A stretch of DNA of 64,000 bases, from assembly GCF_009914755.1 (NCBI RefSeq), contig NC_060940.1. One strand, given 5' to 3'. The notes under the pieces are model-generated. The model was given only the letters and a program-made list of their open reading frames with translations, had not been told where the DNA came from and did no database searches. The DNA comes from the human T2T-CHM13v2.0 reference genome, Homo sapiens. Below are positions 57,901 through 64,000 of this stretch, piece after piece; the stretch's first letter is position 1; the number at the start of each line of letters is the position of its first letter. The translations under genes were made by a program, and so were the position numbers.

Positions 57901-58719
57901 TGCTGTAGGCAAAAGAATGGCCTCCCAAAAAATTTCATGTCCTAATTCCCAGAGTCTAACATACAAATATGTTAGGTTGCACGGCAGTGTGAAATTAGAT
58001 TTCAAGTGAAATTAAGGTTGCGGAAAAATGATAGAGAGATTGTCTTAAATGGGTGGGATCAATGAAATGACAAAATTCCTTATAAGTGAAAGAAGAAGGC
58101 AGAAGAAAGGCAACCTTGGAGGTGGTGGCATGAGAAATTACTCAACATCACTGACTTTTAACATACAAGAATGAGGACCCAGCATGGTGGCTCATGCCTA
58201 ATCCCAGCACTTTGGGAGGCTGGGATGGGTTTATCACGAGGTCAGGAGATCGAGACCATCCTGGTTAACATGGTGAAACCCCATCCCTACTAAAAATACA
58301 AAAAATTAACTGGGCATGTTGGCAAGTGCCTGTAGTCCAAGATACTCAGGAAGCTGAGGCAGAAGAATCACTTGAACCCGGGAGGCAGAGGTTGCAGTGA
58401 GCTGAGATCATGCCACTGCACTCCAGCCTGGGTGACAGAAGGAGACTCCATCTCAAAAAAAAATAAAAAAGAAAAATAGGATATAAGAATGAGGTCATGT
58501 TCCAAGGAATAAAGGTGGCCTCCGGATGCTGAAAAAAATCAAGTAATAAATTCTGCCACATAGCCCACAGAAAGAATGCAGCCCTGTCCAAAACTTGATG
58601 TTAGCCCAGTGAGTTTCATTTAAGGCTTCTGAACTACAGAACTGTAGGATTAACGGTCACTTTATTATAAGATATGAAGTTTGTGGTAATTGGTTACAGC
58701 AGCAAGAGGAAGTTTATAT
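57901..58719 (+). mobile_element. MLT1D-like LTR with nested Alu (copy B)
   Basis: Paralog of 3333-4148. Confidence 0.75.
58176..58478 (+). mobile_element. AluSc/Sc8-like (copy B)
   Basis: Paralog of 3608-3908; TSD ATA(C/T)AAGAATGAGG on both sides. Confidence 0.93.
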
Positions 58720-59701
58720 TGTAATTGTATCATGAAAATGAGAACCATAATTTAGAACTGCTTTGAATACTGCACTTGGATGTTTGCAATCACGTACATG
58801 GAAATGATCTCTATGTGCATGAGGGAGGATAGCAAATTGATGCCAAAAAATGCAAATGCAAATCTTACACGCATATCTATGTAGATTTCATTTAATCTTT
58901 GAAATTAAAATGAAGTTAAAAGATTGTGATATTTTGATGAAATTAGACTAAAATGAACAATAACAAAACAAGAACTTACTTATATTCTTTATATGGTCAA
59001 TAAAGAAGTGATTGATAGTGGAAAAAAACAAGATCAAATGAAGGTGATGATTTAGGAAGTTGGAAAGATAGCTGAAACTACAAAATGGTATATAATCAGT
59101 GACACTTAGACACACTGATTGTTGAACTTCAGCTTTCGGCTTGGTGAGAGCATAAAATGAGAGCAGCTGAGGTTTGCAAATTTGTAATCTCCTTGTGGAA
59201 AACCAGGGGAAAACACATCTCAGCCTAATAAGATTTATCTACTAAAGAATCTAGACTTGATCCATTTGTCCTTGTAATTCAAAAGCTAATTCAAATAATG
59301 AGCTGATGTATTGTGTGAACAACCATTGCTGATTATCATCGCATACCTGGCATTCTCTTGTATCTGATATCTAAAATATTTGGTAATTCCTGGACTTCCT
59401 TTTTTCAAACCCAGTACGGTTTAATTTGAGTCTTAGAACAGTTGTCTTTGAGAAATTCTTCCCTCTACTGCATCTGTGAATGGGCATAGCATGGTTACAT
59501 ACATACTCTCACTCCATAGAACATTTGTTACACTAAAGCCAAAGTTTAAAGCAAGAGCTTTATCTTACTGGTTTTACTAATGATTTCCTCCCAAATACCC
59601 ACAACAATATTGATACTCTCACACCTCTCAACATAAAGCTTGGTGTTGTCTATTTTTCAGGTGCTGTCATCTATATGATCTCAGTATTTTAAAAATCAGC
59701 T

Positions 59702-60008
59702 TCCAGCCCATATGGTGGTTCATGCTTGTAATACCAGCAGTTGAAGAGGCTCAAATGAGAGGGTTCCTTGAGCCCAGGAGTTCAAAACCAACCTGGGCAA
59801 CATAGCAAGACCCAGTCTCTATCAAAAGTTAAAAAAAAAAATGTGGGCATGGTGATGTGCACTTGTTGTCCTAGCTATTTGGGAGGCCAAGGTGGAAGGA
59901 TGGCTTGAACTTGAGAGGCTGAGGTTGCAGTGAGCAGTTATTGCACCACTACATTCCAGCCTGGGCAAAAAAGCAAGACCCTAACTCAAGAAATATATAT
60001 AATAGAAA
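59702..60008 (+). mobile_element. AluJ-like (copy B), short tail
   Basis: Paralog of 5130-5478 with the same TSD TAAAAATCAGCT. Confidence 0.92.
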
Positions 60009-61583
60009 TAAAAATCAGCTCTCATTGATTTCTATGTAAATATGCACACTTGATGTCCATATAGACATAAATAATAATATTTCTGACAATGGGTCCATAT
60101 GATCTTCAAAATGTAAAATGCCTATCTGTGTAATTGACTGGTCAATCTCATTAATGAATATAGATTCAATTCTACTTTCTTGTTCTACATAAATTATATA
60201 ATCTAGCTTTCATTTCACTTATTTACTGATAACAACAGGAAGAATGACAAGATATCTATTTTGGAAAATTACTCTGGTAGGAGTAAAGATGAAACAATGA
60301 TAGAATTGCAAGGAAAACTAGAAAAAAGTATGGTCTTCTGATATTCTATCACATCACATACTAAAGGCCTCATAAAACTCAGATATTTTATCTAAAAATG
60401 TTATTTTCCTCATAGGAATAATCAAATCATGAGACTACAATTGTATTAAAATGTGCTTGTATCACAAGCACAGGTGCTAAAAAGGAGGGGAAAACATCAT
60501 TACTGATATCTTCAATGTATGTTTTACTTTCCATCAACATGAACCTCAACTTGATATGATGCAGATTGAAGGAAATCACCCATAATTCCCTATGAAGAAG
60601 GCCTGTGATACTTTATGGGAAAAAAAAATAGAGAAAATGCTAACAGAAACCCTATTAAGCATGAAGCTTTACGGAGCAAACACAAATCCAGTGGTGAAAG
60701 ATACACACTCGAGTTCTGTTTGTTGTCTTGGAACAATACGGTTTAGAGGTGACTGTCAGGTGAGGAGAACATATGCGAGTTCACCAAAGAGAAAAGCGAA
60801 ATAAGGCAATGCCTCTTCTTGACCATATCTCTTACTCAGATAGCTATATAATTTATTGTCCAGTAAAGGGTATATTTAAAAATCATATTAAAAGTCATGC
60901 AGTGAAGTTGTCCAGGGAAATCAAAACTTAACAGTCTCACTCTGAAAATAATGAACAGGGGGGTTCCCTCAAGATAGACTAGGACATGACCCCACACTGG
61001 CAGGTAGTAGTACCAGAAAAGAACCCATGGAAAATCTTTACCTTATGCTTGAGGTACGGACCAGGCTAAAGTGAAAGCCAGACATAAAATTCTATCTAAA
61101 ATAAATCCACCATTGAAGAAAATATGTGGTGTACAGGCATAGAATGTCTTTACCGGATCATTGAAATAGTAAGATAAATTCAACTTTTTACATTTTTTTC
61201 TTTTCCTCCAGTTAGGGCTTGAGGTTTGTCTCTGGAGAGTGACTGTCAATTGGAGCCCTTCCTTTCTGGGGTTCTGGTAAGGGGGTTGTGGATGCTTAAC
61301 ATGTGCCTTTCACAGGACACTTCCTTACCCCAGCAGTGGCCAGGTGTGCATCCCACGACCAGGCCTCCCTCTCACAGAACTGTTGAGACTAGGAGATGCC
61401 TGGTGACTGTTGCCTGACCTGTGTTTTGTGTATTTCTGACAAGAGCCACTCTAACAGACCTTGGCCAGGAGGACAGTTAGGTTCCAGTATAGGTCAGCTC
61501 AAACCCATGGAGGCCACAGAACCAAACATGGGAAATCACAGAAGTAGGTTTATTACTCACAGATCCAGAGAAAAGAGAGTAGC

Positions 61584-61930
61584 TGAGAAGAGGGTTTAGC
61601 TGTGTCCCCAGCCAAATCTCATCTTGAATTCCCACATGTTGTGGGAGGGAACAGGTGGGAGGTAATTGAATCATGGGGGCAGGTCTTTCCCATGCTGTTC
61701 TTCTGATAGTGAATAAGTCTCACAAGATCTGATGGTTTTATAAAGGGGAGTTTCCCTGCACAAGCTCTCTTGTCTTGTCTGCTGCCATGTGAGACATGCC
61801 TTTCACCTTGCGCCATGATTGTGAGGCCTACCCAGCCATGTGGAACTGTGCGTCTATTAAACCTCTTTCTTCTGGAAATTACCCAGTCTTGGGCATGTCT
61901 TCACCAGCGGTGTGGAAATGGACTAATACA
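61584..61930 (+). mobile_element. THE1 solo LTR (copy B)
   Basis: Ends GGACTAATACA; TSD GTAGC; TAATTGAATCA at 61663-61673. Confidence 0.93.
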
Positions 61931-64000
61931 GTAGCACACCTCATAGGGCTGAACAAAATGGGGAAGATGAGTGGGGAGCAGGAGAGAGAAAAGGGGTCTG
62001 TGGGACTCCAGCCTTTATTGGGCCCAGAACATTACCCAAATAAGTTTTCCACGGGGCACTAGTCAGTGGGGTGAGTGCCAGCAGGCACATTTCTTGACTC
62101 CTGCTGCAACCGAGCAGGTCACTCTGGCGTGTGGGGTCTGTCCATGTGCGCTGTGAGCTCTGTGGGGTGAGTCAGGTAGGTTGTATCCAACGGTTCCATA
62201 GCTGGTAGTCACCAGGAGGGGGCAACTGTGTAGGGTCAATATCTGGGCCAGCCTCACTGAGGAACAGTGAGGGTTAGAACTGGAAATTGTCAAGGGAATG
62301 TGAACCCAGCTACCATATGAGAGAGTTCAACTTATGTTCAATGTGAATGCCATGGCAATTTTAAAAGGTAAGAATTCGCTCCATACGTGCTTCAGGTAAA
62401 TAGGACAAACCTAGAATTTATGTAAACAGTGAGAAGATTGGATGCATTTTCCATCACATATTTTAATACTAACAGCTTATTATATACGTCAATCTATCAG
62501 GCATTCAGAAATACATGCTTATGAAAATTTTTTGCACCATCAGACAAAAGACAAGGGTAGAAGACATTTGTAACCCTATAAACACTAGTAAATTAAAAAC
62601 AGAAGGACCTTTATGTCCTAACGTATGTGTGTTGTGAAAGGCTGCCCTGTGAAATACGGGATTTCTTCAACATATTTTAAAAATCATAAGTGTCAATATA
62701 TTTTAGAAATCCACTTAAATTTTCTCTTGTTATTTTTCAATGCCTATTTATTTATTTATTGGCTCTGCTGATTTTGATGTATATCCTAAACTTTACATTT
62801 TCTTTAAAGGATGTTTTATACAGCTTTATGTACAATATTTCAATATCTTCACATTCTCTCCCTGTCCTTTTGTTTTGCTCTTATATGGTGGTCTTGAGTC
62901 TTTTCTCTGGCTTTTCAAACCTAGTAAGGCTAAGACACTAAAGTAACTTTGCCCGTGGTTTGGTAATGCCTTCTAAAGCACATCCTAAGCTCTCGTGCAT
63001 ACAGGGGTCTCCTTTGAGCTCTGTGCTTTTGAGATCCCATATACCTAAATTCCAGTACTCCAAATCAGTACTACTCAGTTTTAGTTACTAAGTTTAAAAA
63101 TGTATTTTAATAGCAAGTTAGTTTAGTGCACTCTTGCTTCTTTCTTGACTGCTTGTATACATGTATATTCCTTTAAATGAATCTTGGAATTTATTTAAAA
63201 ATTTTAAATTATACTAATGAAACTTTATATTGTTGTGAATTCATAAGTGAATTTGGAAAGAATTTGTCTTTATGATACTAAATCCTTTTTATCCAAGAAT
63301 CATATGTGTCTTTATATTTATTCCAGTCTATATTTATATCACTGAGTAAATATATAGAAATGTAGATACATACAGCTGTAGTTATAGATACAAATATAGA
63401 TATAACATGTTAAATCTATATCTATCCCATATAACATATATACATAATATATGTGTGTGTGTGTGTATATATATATATATGTTTATGTTATTAAAGAGCT
63501 CCCTTAAAATTTTTCCTTTATTTCCTATATAATTTTAGGTTGAGCTTCAATTTTCCTTGTATAAGCAAGCAAATATTTATACTAGTTTTAATACTGAAGT
63601 TTAGATCTTGTGTCTTATTTTAGCATTGAATATTTGCACAATTATAAATATTATCTAATATTAATAATGTACCTGTTAAAAATATTTAAAATTTTACCTT
63701 GAATTATTTTATTGTTGAATTAAATTTCCTTTAATATGATATTAAATTTCTATTTTATGCTTTTTCTATGCATATGCAAATTAATCTATCCACTTATCTA
63801 TCTCCATGTAGTAACATGAAAATCAGGCCTCTCTTCTTCTAATGGACATACTCATGTTTGCATATAGAATATCAGACTCTTTATAGCATTTAAAATCTTT
63901 AAAGACATGAATATTGCCTTTTAACAAATATATTTTAGCATGTACTGAGAATCCCCTATTTATTTTTAATTTGGACTAATCAATGTGATTATTAATATTA

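Larger units (their letters stand above)
54672..64000 (+). repeat. Segmental duplication copy B (runs off the window end)
   Basis: Same order of LTRs, L1 fragment, CT tract, two Alus and THE1 as in 1-9466. Paired ORF translations are nearly identical (e.g. 6867..7070 vs 61396..61599). Confidence 0.98.

Noticed and set aside
54672-64000. Assembly artefact (false duplication)
   Set aside because: The copies differ by ~4% plus many indels, far above allelic or sequencing differences.

Overview
Non-coding human pericentromeric-type DNA; no credible protein-coding gene, RNA gene or CRISPR array. The window holds one ~30 kb block of diverged Human Satellite 2 (HSATII; 23319-53311, GGAAT/GAATCATC on the + strand) flanked by transposon-dense, euchromatin-like sequence (old L1M/L1MB, L2, MaLR and ERV LTRs, MER20, Tigger3a, Alus). 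Bases 1-9466 recur in direct orientation at 54672-64000 (about 96% identical in a hand-counted 300 bp). The window is therefore ~1.17 copies of an apparent ~54.7 kb composite unit: ~24.7 kb spacer plus ~30 kb satellite. A near-perfect AluYa5 (14302-14604) marks the sequence as human. Most notable: the composite unit itself, DUX4-type motifs in both the THE1 LTR and the satellite, a patchwork of internal satellite duplications with 49-bp arithmetic, and two non-B-DNA tracts. All listed ORFs are explained by repeats. I see no clearly new biological system. Repeat subfamily names are from recalled consensus sequences and need a Dfam/RepeatMasker check.
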